Part shown: positions 7,500 through 16,926 of the stretch, piece after piece
Position numbering within the stretch: position 1 is the first letter of the stretch
Layout of the letters: every line of letters starts with the position of its first letter
IMG/VR virus record: IMGVR_UViG_2706794662_000005
Length of the DNA stretch: 25,237 nt
Origin: a virus
Lineage: Duplodnaviria; Heunggongvirae; Uroviricota; Caudoviricetes
Reading direction: 5' to 3' (one strand)
Position numbers and translations under genes: made by a program
The notes under the pieces: generated by a model
Seen by the model: the letters and a program-made list of their open reading frames with translations, nothing else
Database searches by the model: none
What the model was told of the DNA's origin: nothing

Positions 7500-7980
7500 T
7501 CACACTAGGTGTTTTTTAGTTGATTTTATAAATGCACAATAGTGCACAAATTTGCACAATTTTTTTGAACGACTTTTTGCCCTTCCGGCCCGCGTGGCGG
7601 CTGGATCCGTCAAGGATCCGTGCATGCACAAAAAAACGCGTTTTTTCTGCGCGCAGGTGACGGGGGAACAGCCCGCGTTTCAGGGGGTAAATAGCATTCC
7701 CTGAACGATGTCGCAGAGATACAACAGAATGGCTGTATTTCTCACGCTGAGCGTGAAAAAGACGTGAGGGCTTTTGATTTGATGGGGTGAAAGGTAAGGC
7801 CGTCAAAATCGCACTGAGACGGCGAGAATATGCAGTCAACGAGGTGGGATTGCGTAAGAGTCTGACTGTCGATGATGGCAATCAGCAGGAAAGCGTCGTG
7901 AAATTATCTGACTGATACAGGAGCTGGAGAGTCGGGGCATAAATTTTTTATGCCCCGGCGAAGCAGCAGACAAGCGAAGC
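7500..7980. other. non-coding cos / packaging region (putative)
   Basis: About 490 bp without a convincing ORF between the cassette and the portal gene, where P2-family phages carry cos. Contains TGCACAA three times at exact 10-bp phasing (7533, 7543, 7553), GGATCCGT twice (7603-7610, 7614-7621), an A6-CGCG-T6 palindrome (7631-7646), a GC-rich 19-mer ggtgacgggggaacagccc (7656-7674) that loosely resembles the P2/186 cohesive end as I remember it, and a perfect 10-bp-stem hairpin at 7933-7957. Confidence 0.45.
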
Positions 7981-7983
7981 GCG

Positions 7984-9030
7984 TCAGGATGTGGGCTGGG
8001 TGTCTAACAGTGCGTAAGGGTTAAAGCGGATCACCTCTTCGCCAAGCCAGTCATTGATGTGCTTCATGGCCTCCATGACGGGCATCAGCTCGTTAATTGC
8101 GTAAACCCGCGCGGCCTTCTCCACATCACCAAACGCACTTTTTTCGCCCGGCATCGCCCCCATCAGTTGCGGCGGAACGCGGTGCGCAGCCAGCACATCA
8201 TCACGGGATGCCGCCTTAACATTCATGAACTCATCCTTTGCGGTGATCTGCTGGAACGGCAAAATTTGCACCCCCTCTTTGCCCCCGTTGGGCGCATGAA
8301 TGAGCACGTTTTTAAACGCACCACCACCACGTGCCCCCTGTAGCGTTTCTTTCAGGGAGTCCATGCTTTCGCGGTTTACCTGCGCTGCACCGATGTAGAT
8401 GATGCACCCGGCGTGGGATCCGTTGTCGTAGTACAGTTTTCTGAACATGTCCGCCGAATGAGAAAGGCTGGCCGAGAGTAATGCGCCAAGATATTCCGGC
8501 ATGCCGTAGATTTCCTGGTTAATATCCGGATTCATCAGGTGGCACACTTTGCCAGGACGAAACTGAAACGCATCCTTGCCATCCTGCACATACCACCATG
8601 ATTCAAGATCGCTTCCGCGTCGCATGTATTTCGCCAGGGCGTGCCGTAATTTAAGCGGTTCGCCGAGCATATTGCTCCGAAGCTCAAGGAATGCGTTACC
8701 GAACACAAACCAGTCCAGCGCCAGCGCCGAGAAATCCTGCCGGGAAAGCAGCGGGTGCGGAATATAGCAGCCGAGCAATACATTGCGCTTAAAGTAAAGC
8801 GCAGACTGATGCCAGGACGTTTGCCGGGCAGCTCTTGCCAGACCGTACCAGTCCACCGGGGTTTCATACCACCGCCCGTTATCAGCACAGTACATATTGT
8901 CCAGCAGGTCATGCCCGGTCAGGCGGTAAGGACCATCAAATGTGAATGCACTGAGCGACGATTCTTTCCTGAGCGCATCAGCGAGATCAATGCGTGAACT
9001 CATGCGCACTTTTTTATTTTTTCTGCTCAT
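7984..9030 (-). CDS. Q: portal protein, P2 gpQ-like (348 aa)
   Basis: Size, position next to the terminase and translational coupling (TGATG overlap with gpP at 9028-9032) match the P2 Q-P arrangement. Confidence 0.88.
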   Translation of the reverse strand: MSRKNKKVRMSSRIDLADALRKESSLSAFTFDGPYRLTGHDLLDNMYCADNGRWYETPVDWYGLARAARQTSWHQSALYFKRNVLLGCYIPHPLLSRQDFSALALDWFVFGNAFLELRSNMLGEPLKLRHALAKYMRRGSDLESWWYVQDGKDAFQFRPGKVCHLMNPDINQEIYGMPEYLGALLSASLSHSADMFRKLYYDNGSHAGCIIYIGAAQVNRESMDSLKETLQGARGGGAFKNVLIHAPNGGKEGVQILPFQQITAKDEFMNVKAASRDDVLAAHRVPPQLMGAMPGEKSAFGDVEKAARVYAINELMPVMEAMKHINDWLGEEVIRFNPYALLDTQPTS

Positions 9031-10781
9031 CAGAACTCCATAACCGTGAAACGCTCGTTTTCTCCTTCGCCGCCAATCGGTTCGTTAATGACAGCAAGCA
9101 TGGTTGCCCACGCAAGGTCGCCGTGGCTGATCCCCCTCGCGCGGTCCGTTTCGTAAGTGATAAAACCGCCCGGTGTTTTCACCTTACGCACGGCGTTAAA
9201 GGCCGCAACCAGCTCGCGTTCGGCGCGATCGTATTCCCACCGCCCGGCACGCATTATTTGCAGCATTTTCAGTACCAGCGACCGTTTTGATGACAGCGTG
9301 AAGGTGTAAGGGATGGCGGCGGGAAAAAACCGTTTCACTATCTGATAGACGGCATCCCCGTGCCCTCCCGTCGCATCAATGCCGATGTGTTCCACGTTGT
9401 AGCGATACGTGAACTCTTCAATAACTCTGGCCTGCTCTTCAAATTCCAGCCCCTGAACGCGTCGCGTCTCCACCGTTCTGAAACGACCACCAGGAACAGC
9501 CGGAGGAACCACCACGGACACAGCGCCGCTGTCGCCGTTACCACTGCTGCCGTTTGCGTCATACCCAATCCATACCGGACGATTCCCCATCGGGCGGGGG
9601 GCAAAGGGTTTCCAGTCTTTCCAGTCGTCGTATCCGTCAACACCGCAGCCAATCAGGATATTCAGGTTAAATGCCGATTCCCCTTCGCGGACAAACTCAC
9701 ACATATAGAGATTGCGGAACTCGTCTTCGGTGTTTTCATCACGAATTTCATCAATATCGGTGTGTTTCCAGCCGTGATTAACCACATCTTCCAGCGTGAC
9801 AATTTGCCGCCACGTCCGGTCAGGGCAGATAAGCCCGTTATGCAGCGTTTTCCAGTCCACAGAAAAACGCTGGCGTTTATGCGCGGCCTTTTTCTCGTTC
9901 CAGCGGTCGCCGTTCCAGTAGGCGTATGCCTCGTGCGTTTCGGTGGATGGCGTGGAGAAGCAGGTGCGCCGCAGTCCGCTGAGGGTTGCCATAGCGCCAG
10001 CCACCTTGCGCAGTTCAGCAAAGCGACTGACCCAGAAAAATTCATCAAAATAAAAATTGCCCGTGTAAGATTGCGCCGTCGCAGCAGAAGTGCCGAGAAA
10101 ATGCATCTCTGCGCCGTTGGAGAGGATGATTTTATCGCCCCCTTTCAGCTCCACATCGACTTCAGCCGCGGCCTTCTGAATAATGCTTTTAAACTGGAAC
10201 GCCTGACGACGCGACGCAGACAAAAAAATCTGGTTACGCTGGTAAGGTTGTGCCACATCGTCACGCAGCGCCATCAGCAGTGCTTCCTGTGCAAAATACC
10301 AGGTCGCCCCAATCTGTCGGGATTTCAGGATCATCCTGTTACGTATCCCGGCTTCCCTGCAAAGCGTCAGGGAGTCAAACCAGCCCCGCTGATGCCACTC
10401 CAGCCTGCTGATGATTTTTTCCCGCAGTGCGGCAATCTGTTCCGGCGTGAAATGATTTTTGAGTTTTTTCGCCCGGCCTTTCTTTCCTGTGGCCGTCGCA
10501 TCCGGCTGGCCATCATGCAGTTTTTTAAGCTGCCGGGTCAGCAGGTCTATTTCCTTAAAGTCACCACCTGTTTTATTCTGTTTTTCAGTAAGCTGGATGA
10601 GGCGCGCATCGATGGACTGCGTGACACGCTGCACGGGTGGCGTTTCATCCCACTGGTCGCGTTTTTTCCACGCATAAATCGTGTTCGGGTTTATTCCCAT
10701 CAGACGTGATATTTCTGCGGGCGGATAACCCTGCCAGTAAAGTTGCCGCGCACGCTGGCGCACAAAAGCGTCCTGAATCAT
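9030..10781 (-). CDS. P: terminase large (ATPase) subunit, P2 gpP-like (583 aa)
   Basis: 583-aa minus-strand ORF divergent from the scaffold gene, with GGGGAG RBS. An N-terminal HTH-like region (YPPAEISRLMGINPNTIYAWKKR) is followed by a large ATPase/nuclease body, as in P2 P. Confidence 0.9.
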   Translation of the reverse strand: MIQDAFVRQRARQLYWQGYPPAEISRLMGINPNTIYAWKKRDQWDETPPVQRVTQSIDARLIQLTEKQNKTGGDFKEIDLLTRQLKKLHDGQPDATATGKKGRAKKLKNHFTPEQIAALREKIISRLEWHQRGWFDSLTLCREAGIRNRMILKSRQIGATWYFAQEALLMALRDDVAQPYQRNQIFLSASRRQAFQFKSIIQKAAAEVDVELKGGDKIILSNGAEMHFLGTSAATAQSYTGNFYFDEFFWVSRFAELRKVAGAMATLSGLRRTCFSTPSTETHEAYAYWNGDRWNEKKAAHKRQRFSVDWKTLHNGLICPDRTWRQIVTLEDVVNHGWKHTDIDEIRDENTEDEFRNLYMCEFVREGESAFNLNILIGCGVDGYDDWKDWKPFAPRPMGNRPVWIGYDANGSSGNGDSGAVSVVVPPAVPGGRFRTVETRRVQGLEFEEQARVIEEFTYRYNVEHIGIDATGGHGDAVYQIVKRFFPAAIPYTFTLSSKRSLVLKMLQIMRAGRWEYDRAERELVAAFNAVRKVKTPGGFITYETDRARGISHGDLAWATMLAVINEPIGGEGENERFTVMEF

Positions 10782-10935
10782 TGCTCCCCCTGAGTAATTA
10801 CAGGAAGATTACCCGCGCGCGAAACCGTTCTCCTTAACCCCCTGTTCTGGCCGTTTTCTTACAACAAAAGCCCTTTGTATCAGCCTGTTACGCTTTGCCA
10901 TCATGACTGAAGAACCAGTCAGAGGGGCAAAAACT
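10782..10935. promoter_or_regulatory. divergent late-promoter region between gpP and gpO
   Basis: 154-bp intergenic between divergently transcribed P and O, which in P2 holds the activator-dependent late promoters. I could not find a clean TGT-N12-ACA activator site by eye, so exact promoter elements are not called. Confidence 0.45.
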
Positions 10936-11772
10936 ATGGCTAATGAAAAAAAGACATCCCGCAAAAAGTTTCGCGTGGCTGTCTCCGGATCAACTGTTGA
11001 TGGCCGTGAAATCAGTCCGGTGCATCTGCGTGAAGCCGCCGAGAACTTCAACCCGGATGTTTACGCTGCCCGCGTGAACGTTGAGCACTATCTCTCGCCA
11101 TGCCCGTCAAGCGAATTTTCCGCAATGGGCGATGTCACCGCACTGAGTACGGAAGACATTACGGAAGGTCCGCTGGCCGGACGTACTGCGCTGTATGCAG
11201 AAATCGAACCGACCGAGCGCATGAAGCAGCTTGTCGCGGACGGCAAGAAAATCTATTCCAGTATCGAACTGCACCCGCAGTTCTCCGTTAACGGGCGCGC
11301 CTATCTGGTCGGGCTGGCGATGACCGACACCCCGGCAAGCCTGGGCACTGAGCGCCTGAAATTCACGGCACAGCAACGTCAGGCGGTGATGACGTTCAAC
11401 AGTATCCAGGGTGAAGCACCGCTTATCTCCGAAGCCATCGAGTCTGAAATCATCGAAATGGCAGAACAACGCCAGGAAGAAGGCACCCAGTGGTTTAACC
11501 GCGTAATGGGGATTATTGGTCGTGGCCGCAAAGCGGATGACGCCAGTTTCTCCCGTATTCAGGAAGCGGTGGAAAGCGTCGCAACGTCACAGGCCGACAT
11601 TATCGACCGTTTTAATGCGCTGGAAACACGCCATCAGCAGGACAGCCAGAAAATCACTTTACTGACCACGGAGCTGACAGCACTGAAGGAAAAACTGCGC
11701 ACGCAGGACGGCGATCCGCAGAACCGGTTCACCGCAACGGGCGCAGCCTCCGACCAGCTGGCTGACTTCTGA
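10936..11772 (+). CDS. O: capsid scaffolding protein, P2 gpO-like
   Basis: MANEKKTSRKKFRVAVSGSTVDGREISP... and internal blocks (YLVGLAMTDTPASLGTE) resemble P2 gpO. ATG at 10936 has an AGAGGGG RBS; the ORF track uses an upstream in-frame ATG at 10903. Confidence 0.85.
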   Translation: MANEKKTSRKKFRVAVSGSTVDGREISPVHLREAAENFNPDVYAARVNVEHYLSPCPSSEFSAMGDVTALSTEDITEGPLAGRTALYAEIEPTERMKQLVADGKKIYSSIELHPQFSVNGRAYLVGLAMTDTPASLGTERLKFTAQQRQAVMTFNSIQGEAPLISEAIESEIIEMAEQRQEEGTQWFNRVMGIIGRGRKADDASFSRIQEAVESVATSQADIIDRFNALETRHQQDSQKITLLTTELTALKEKLRTQDGDPQNRFTATGAASDQLADF

Positions 11773-11795
11773 TAAGACAAAGGAGCAAATTTTTT

Positions 11796-12756
11796 ATGAA
11801 TCTGGTGATGTCAGATATTACCCGCAACAAGCTGGGTTGCTATATGGCGCAGCAGGCGTCGCTTAACAATATCCCGGTTTCTGCACTGGTATCGCGATTT
11901 ACCGTGGAACCTGCGGTGCAGCAACGTTTTGAAAACGCCTCAAAGGATAGCACCGAACTTACAAAAAAAATTAACGTGATCGGCGTGACCGACCAGAAAG
12001 GCGAAAAAATCCTCCTGGACACCACAGGACCGATTGCACGCACAAATACCAGTTATGACGGAACAAAACGCCGTAACCCGAATAACGTGGTTGATCTGAA
12101 AAACCGCAAATACCAGTGCGAACAGGTGAACTACGACACGTTTATTTCGTATCCGCAGCTTGATGCCTGGTCGGCACACAGCGATTTTCAGTCCCGCATC
12201 AGCGCACAGATTGCCCGACAGGTGGCACTTGACCGCATCATGATCGGTTTCAACGGCACATCTCACGCGGATGAGTCCAACTTCAGCACCAACAAGCTGC
12301 TTCAGGACGTTAACGTGGGGTGGCTGGAGCACATCAGAACCAATGCCAGCGAGCGCGTAATGAATGACGTGACGCTGACTTCCCGCAACATGGACAACAC
12401 CGTGGCGCACGCGGGTAAATACGCGAACCCTGATGCACTGGTACAGGACGCGCGCTCATCTCTGCTGGATGAATGGCACAAGGAAGCTGACGACCTCGTG
12501 GTGATTATGGGGCGCAACCTGTTTAACTCGCTGCGTCTGCCAGTGCTGAACAGCATCAGCGGCCAGAATCCCAATGCGGAATTACTTGCCGGGCAGCTCA
12601 TCCTGTCATCGCGCACCATTGGCGGGCTGGGTGTGTTCCTTGCACCGTTCTTCCCGGATGCAACGATGCTGATCACCTCATTCAACAACCTGTCGATTTA
12701 CTGGCAGAAAGGTTCAATGCGTCGTCTGATGAAAGACGAACCGGAATACAACCGCA
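11796..12756 (+). CDS. N: major capsid protein, P2 gpN-like (3' end lost in N-gap)
   Basis: AAGGAG RBS. Blocks FTVEPAVQQ, KYQCEQVNYDTFISYPQLDAWS, IMIGFNGT, LQDVNVGWL and NLSIYWQ match gpN as I recall it. The ORF track fuses it to gpM through the N-run. Confidence 0.88.
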
Positions 12757-13026
12757 NNNNNNNNNNNNNNNNNNNNNNNNNNNNNNNNNNNNNNNNNNNN
12801 NNNNNNNNNNNNNNNNNNNNNNNNNNNNNNNNNNNNNNNNNNNNNNNNNNNNNNNNNNNNNNNNNNNNNNNNNNNNNNNNNNNNNNNNNNNNNNNNNNNN
12901 NNNNNNNNNNNNNNNNNNNNNNNNNNNNNNNNNNNNNNNNNNNNNNNNNNNNNNNNNNNNNNNNNNNNNNNNNNNNNNNNNNNNNNNNNNNNNNNNNNNN
13001 NNNNNNNNNNNNNNNNNNNNNNNNNN
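12757..13026. other. assembly gap (N-run, 270 nt)
   Basis: Run of n characters; hides the gpN 3' end and the gpM 5' end. Confidence 0.99.
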
Positions 13027-13676
13027 CCAGAAGCGCGAAAGCCGACATCAAAAAAGCGTTGTTGCCGGACTTTTCCGGCTGGATTGAGGGAACGCTGGAG
13101 GCTGACGGCGGGCAACAGGACGAAGTGATTGCCACGCTGATGGTGTGGGCGATTGACTGCGGCGATCTTCCGCTTGCGCTGCGTATTGGTGCGTATGCGG
13201 TCCGTCACAACCTCATCATGCCGGATAACTTTGGCCGTACTGCTGCCACAGTGCTGACCGAAGAAATCTGCAATCCGGTACTGACGCAGGCCGGGACGGA
13301 TGCCGACGCGGATTTGTCCGTCTTTATCGAACCACTGGACACACTTTGGGAAATTGTCGCCAACCAGGATATGCCGGACGAAGTGCGCGCCAAATTATGC
13401 AAGGCGTGCGCCTTTGCCCGCCGTGGCCTGAGCGATGCGGACAGCATGGCCTCATCACTGAAGCTGCTGCGCGAAGCGATGCATCTGAACCAGAACGCAG
13501 GTGTGAAACGCGAGATTGCAACCCTTTCCCGCGCCCTGAAAAAAGCCGATTCCGCAGCCGCACCAGAAGACGCCAGCGCACAGCAGGCGCAGGACGAAAG
13601 CAGCGAAAGTAAAAAGACAACGCGGAAGCCTGCAACACGAAAAACCACCGCGACGCAGAAGGCGAAGCGCGGTTAA
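13027..13676 (+). CDS. M: terminase small (endonuclease) subunit, P2 gpM-like (5' end in gap)
   Basis: Post-gap translation ...VWAIDCGDLPLALRIGAYAVRHNLIMP...DMPDEVRAKL...NAGVKREI... followed by a basic tail resembles P2 gpM. Confidence 0.82.
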
Positions 13677-13691
13677 CGACTGACCCCGTCA

Positions 13692-13764
13692 GCGGGCGGC
13701 GTGCGCGGTGTTCCGGTTTGGCTCCGTGACCGTTTACACCGCGCACCCACCGCCCGATTTTTTC
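13692..13764 (+). terminator. long imperfect hairpin followed by T-run between gpM and gpL (possible attenuator or partial terminator)
   Basis: gcgggcggcgtgcgcggtgt (13692-13711) pairs with acaccgcgcacccaccgcccg (13736-13756), then attttttc (13757-13764). Confidence 0.35.
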
Positions 13765-13777
13765 AGGAGTGAACCCC

Positions 13778-14272
13778 ATGAGTATGGTTGCCAGAACTGA
13801 ACCCGGACCCGCAGAGGACGACATCACCGACACCGAAGATGGCGATACCCGTATTTCAGCGGGTGCATTCTGGCCGGATATTGTGCTGCGCGAGCTGCGT
13901 CTGGCGGTACGACTGCCGGGCCGCGTGACCACCTCCCGCCTGCTGCATACCGCCACCGGGGCCGTGGCACACGTTACCCGCGAGCTGGAAGCATGGCAGC
14001 AGGAACAGCAGGCGGCTGGCCATCAGACGCTGGCCGATGTTCCGGCACCTGTAATTAACGGAGAAAGCGTCAATCTCTGGCACTGGCGCAATGCTGTTTA
14101 TACCGCCACACGCGCCCTGATTCTGGAGCGTTACCGCGATGCGGACACAACGGACAAGGGCGACCGCCGGGCGGACGCACTGGATATACAGACATCGGAT
14201 TTGTGGCGCGATGTGAGCTGGGCCATCTCTGACATTCTGTGCCGCCCGCGAATCTTTGCGGAGTTGTGCTGA
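13778..14272 (+). CDS. L: head completion / stabilisation protein, P2 gpL-like
   Basis: ATG at 13778 with AGGAG RBS at 13765-13769 (the ORF track starts at GTG 13769). Position after gpM and a size of about 165 aa fit gpL. Confidence 0.8.
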   Translation: MSMVARTEPGPAEDDITDTEDGDTRISAGAFWPDIVLRELRLAVRLPGRVTTSRLLHTATGAVAHVTRELEAWQQEQQAAGHQTLADVPAPVINGESVNLWHWRNAVYTATRALILERYRDADTTDKGDRRADALDIQTSDLWRDVSWAISDILCRPRIFAELC

Positions 14273-14469
14273 TGAAAGTGAAGACACTGGAAGGCGACAC
14301 CGTGGATTCGCTCTGTTTCCGGTACTACGGCACGACGCAGGGCGTCACCGAAAAGGTGCTGGATGCCAACCCCGGACTCTGCCGACAGGTATTTCTGGAA
14401 GCCGGACAGGAGGTGGAAATGCCGGAGCCGGAGAAGAAAAAACAACGAGAGATGATACAGCTATGGTAA
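14272..14469 (+). CDS. X: tail protein X, P2 gpX-like (65 aa)
   Basis: ATG overlaps the gpL stop (TGATG). MKVKTLEGDTVDSLCFRYYG...LDANPGL resembles gpX; the ORF track uses an upstream start at 14239. Confidence 0.7.
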   Translation: MKVKTLEGDTVDSLCFRYYGTTQGVTEKVLDANPGLCRQVFLEAGQEVEMPEPEKKKQREMIQLW

Positions 14470-14765
14470 CAGGTTTTTTTCAGCGGGTGAGTGACTGGAT
14501 CACCTTCTGGGCATCAGTCACAGCCACCACAATAGGCGTGATGACCATCAGTGAAAAAATCGCCCTTGCCGGGTTGTTACTCGGTTCTCTGTCTGCATTA
14601 CATGCCTGGCGACATCGCCGCCTGATGGAAACCGCCATGCAGCGTCGCAATGAACTCATCGCCAGTATCCTGGCGCAGTCAGACGCACGGCCACTTCACG
14701 ACAGTGAGCGTCAGGCTCTGAACATTCTGCGGGATAACGATACACATGATAAAGCTGCCCGTTAA
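14463..14765 (+). CDS. putative holin with two transmembrane segments (100 aa)
   Basis: In-frame ATG at 14463 inside ORF-track 14256-14765. Two hydrophobic stretches (WITFWASVTATTIGVMTI and IALAGLLLGSLSALHAW) are followed by a charged tail, immediately upstream of and overlapping the endolysin gene. Confidence 0.55.
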   Translation: MVTGFFQRVSDWITFWASVTATTIGVMTISEKIALAGLLLGSLSALHAWRHRRLMETAMQRRNELIASILAQSDARPLHDSERQALNILRDNDTHDKAAR

Positions 14766-15294
14766 ACGTTACGCCGTAGCCGCCATTGTGGCGCTGGGGT
14801 TCTCCATTGCCCCTCACAAACTCCGGACCAGCCCGGAAGCGCAAATCCGCATTGCCACATGGGAGGACTGTCGCGCAACGCCTTACCGGGATATTGCCGG
14901 GGTAATGACCGTGGGGTGCGGCTCGACCGGGCATGTGGAAAATCGTCTGTACACCGAAACGGAAGTCGCCGGGCGCTGGGTTAATGATATGCAACATGCA
15001 GAAAACTGCATAAATCAGAACTTCAGCGGCAACGCCATGCCACAGTCCGCGTTTGAGGCAATGACAGATGCCGCCTTTAATCTTGGATGCAGAAATCTTA
15101 TGTGGTTCAGGGATAAGAACCGTAACTACCACCGCACCACTATCTGGAAACATGCACAGGCGCACAACTGGCCTGACATGTGCAACAGACTGACTGACTT
15201 CGTGAACAGCGGCGGCGAACGCTCACAGGGACTGGTTAACCGTCGTACTGATTTTCGTGCATGGTGCTTACGTGACACCGGAGGCCAGTCATGA
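14746..15294 (+). CDS. phage lysozyme / endolysin (GH24-like) with N-terminal hydrophobic signal-anchor-like segment
   Basis: Catalytic Glu-Asp-Thr arrangement in ATWEDCRATPYRDIAGVMTVGCG, as in T4/P21 lysozymes. The N-terminal AVAAIVALGFSIA stretch suggests a SAR-type endolysin. Occupies the P2 K position. Confidence 0.85.
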   Translation: MIKLPVKRYAVAAIVALGFSIAPHKLRTSPEAQIRIATWEDCRATPYRDIAGVMTVGCGSTGHVENRLYTETEVAGRWVNDMQHAENCINQNFSGNAMPQSAFEAMTDAAFNLGCRNLMWFRDKNRNYHRTTIWKHAQAHNWPDMCNRLTDFVNSGGERSQGLVNRRTDFRAWCLRDTGGQS

Positions 15295-15567
15295 AAGTGC
15301 GTTACATCCTGATGATGGCACTGACCGTCCTCACGCTGCTGACCATAACACTCTGGCAGACATTCAGACTGGGGCAGGAAGACGGACACAACCGTTATAC
15401 ACAGGCGCAACTGGACGATTACAGCCGGACCCTGAAAGAGGCCGGCACCATCATCAGCACCGCATCCGGTGTACTGCGTGACGTCATGACAGCGCGCCAG
15501 AACCGACAACAGGAAGGGGAAATCCGACGTGAACAGCTACGCAACGATATCACGACAGATGCATGTG
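15291..15567 (+). CDS. Rz/LysB-like inner-membrane spanin (3' end lost in N-gap)
   Basis: ATG overlaps the endolysin stop (ATGA). N-terminal transmembrane segment (ILMMALTVLTLLTITLW) is followed by a charged, coiled-coil-like region. Confidence 0.6.
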
Positions 15568-15839
15568 NNNNNNNNNNNNNNNNNNNNNNNNNNNNNNNNN
15601 NNNNNNNNNNNNNNNNNNNNNNNNNNNNNNNNNNNNNNNNNNNNNNNNNNNNNNNNNNNNNNNNNNNNNNNNNNNNNNNNNNNNNNNNNNNNNNNNNNNN
15701 NNNNNNNNNNNNNNNNNNNNNNNNNNNNNNNNNNNNNNNNNNNNNNNNNNNNNNNNNNNNNNNNNNNNNNNNNNNNNNNNNNNNNNNNNNNNNNNNNNNN
15801 NNNNNNNNNNNNNNNNNNNNNNNNNNNNNNNNNNNNNNN
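15568..15839. other. assembly gap (N-run, 272 nt)
   Basis: Run of n characters; hides the spanin 3' end, any embedded outer-membrane spanin and the gpR 5' end. Confidence 0.99.
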
Positions 15840-16298
15840 ACTGATTCCCTGCGTGAAGCCATGACCCGTTCATGCCGGTGGTGTCATGCCAACCCGGAAA
15901 AATTCACCATTTTCGTGGAGAGCGGCAACATTGAAACGACCGGAGAAACCCCATCGTTTGTTTACCGCTATCAGATAGTGATGTTTGTCATGGATTACGC
16001 CGGAGAGCTGGACGACCTCACGCTGCCGCTGCTGGCGTGGTTATCCGAAAATCAGCCACAGTTGTTGCTCAATCCGGAGCGTAATCAGGACATCAAATTT
16101 TCCGCCGTTATCAATGACGATGACAGCGCCGATCTCCTGTTTACGCTCCCCCTGCGGGAACGCGTTCGCATCACGCGCAGCAGTCAGGGCACACCGCAGG
16201 CAGAACACCTGCCGGAGCCAAAACCCCGCCTGCCCTCTTCCGAAGGCGACTGGTCGCATGTATTCCAGGATGTGACGTGGGGGGAAAGCGATGGATAA
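15840..16298 (+). CDS. R: tail completion protein, P2 gpR-like (5' end in gap)
   Basis: Post-gap block LPLLAWLSENQPQLL matches the gpR family as I recall it. Ends with an ATGGATAA overlap into gpS. Confidence 0.72.
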   Translation, partial: TDSLREAMTRSCRWCHANPEKFTIFVESGNIETTGETPSFVYRYQIVMFVMDYAGELDDLTLPLLAWLSENQPQLLLNPERNQDIKFSAVINDDDSADLLFTLPLRERVRITRSSQGTPQAEHLPEPKPRLPSSEGDWSHVFQDVTWGESDG

Positions 16299-16926
16299 GG
16301 CATTCACCCGCGTGGATGAAACCTTTGAGGCTATCCGCGACAGCCTGAATCAGCAGGCCATTAATAACATCGCCAGAAAGCTGGCACAGGATTTACGCCG
16401 CGCCCAGCAGGCGCGTATCCGGTCACAGAAAGCGCCGGACGGGACCGCATGGACACCACGCAGACGCCGCGTAACCCGGATACAGGAGCGCATTCGCTTT
16501 ATCTGGAATAACGAAGCACGCACGCTGAAAAACTGGCATCACGACACGGGGAAATACGGGCGAACCATCACCGGGTGGGATGAGGATAAAAACAATATCC
16601 GCACGTTTTACCGGGATGACATCGACCGTTTTCTGGAAATACGCACCCGGCGCATCAACCAGGACAGCACCAGGCGCGTCTCCATGTTCGTAAAACTGCG
16701 CACCGCCCGCTACCTGAAAGCCCGTGCAGATGCTTCCGGTGTGACGGTGGGTTACAGCGGCGTGGCCGCACGTATTGCACGCGTTCATCAGTTCGGTGAG
16801 CGCGATCAGGTTGCGCCGGGCATTTTCACCGATTACCCGGTACGTGAGCTGCTGGGTATCAGCCAGGCAGATGAGCGCCTGATTTATAACACGGTGCTGG
16901 GCCGGATTGCGGAGGCTGTACGATGA
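16291..16926 (+). CDS. S: virion morphogenesis / tail completion protein, P2 gpS-like (211 aa)
   Basis: Position between R and V, translationally coupled on both sides. Longer than P2 gpS (about 150 aa by recollection). Confidence 0.7.
   Translation: MDKAFTRVDETFEAIRDSLNQQAINNIARKLAQDLRRAQQARIRSQKAPDGTAWTPRRRRVTRIQERIRFIWNNEARTLKNWHHDTGKYGRTITGWDEDKNNIRTFYRDDIDRFLEIRTRRINQDSTRRVSMFVKLRTARYLKARADASGVTVGYSGVAARIARVHQFGERDQVAPGIFTDYPVRELLGISQADERLIYNTVLGRIAEAVR

Noticed and set aside
7533-7621. Possible CRISPR-like short direct repeats (TGCACAA x3, GGATCCGT x2)
   Set aside because: Repeats are only 7-8 bp with 2-3 nt spacers, far below CRISPR repeat and spacer sizes, and no cas genes are present. 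Interpreted as protein-binding sites in the packaging region.
7516-7881. 121-aa minus-strand ORF across the cos/packaging region
   Set aside because: Spans repeat-rich, AT-rich non-coding DNA including the phased repeats and palindromes; no RBS, and the composition is not protein-like.
9360-10709. 449-aa plus-strand ORF
   Set aside because: Lies entirely antisense within the terminase large-subunit gene; the terminase frame is the one supported by family features and operon context.
10782-10935. Attempt to locate a canonical TGT-N12-ACA late-activator (Ogr-type) binding site in the P/O intergenic region
   Set aside because: TGT and ACA triplets are present but not at 12-bp spacing in my manual scan; only the region is annotated.
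11796-13676. Single 626-aa ORF in the ORF track spanning the first N-run
   Set aside because: Artefact of translating the N-run as X; the two ends match different proteins (major capsid gpN and terminase small subunit gpM).
15291-16298. Single 335-aa ORF spanning the second N-run
   Set aside because: Artefact; the N-terminal part is an Rz-like spanin and the C-terminal part is gpR. The gap length is not a multiple of three and is a placeholder.
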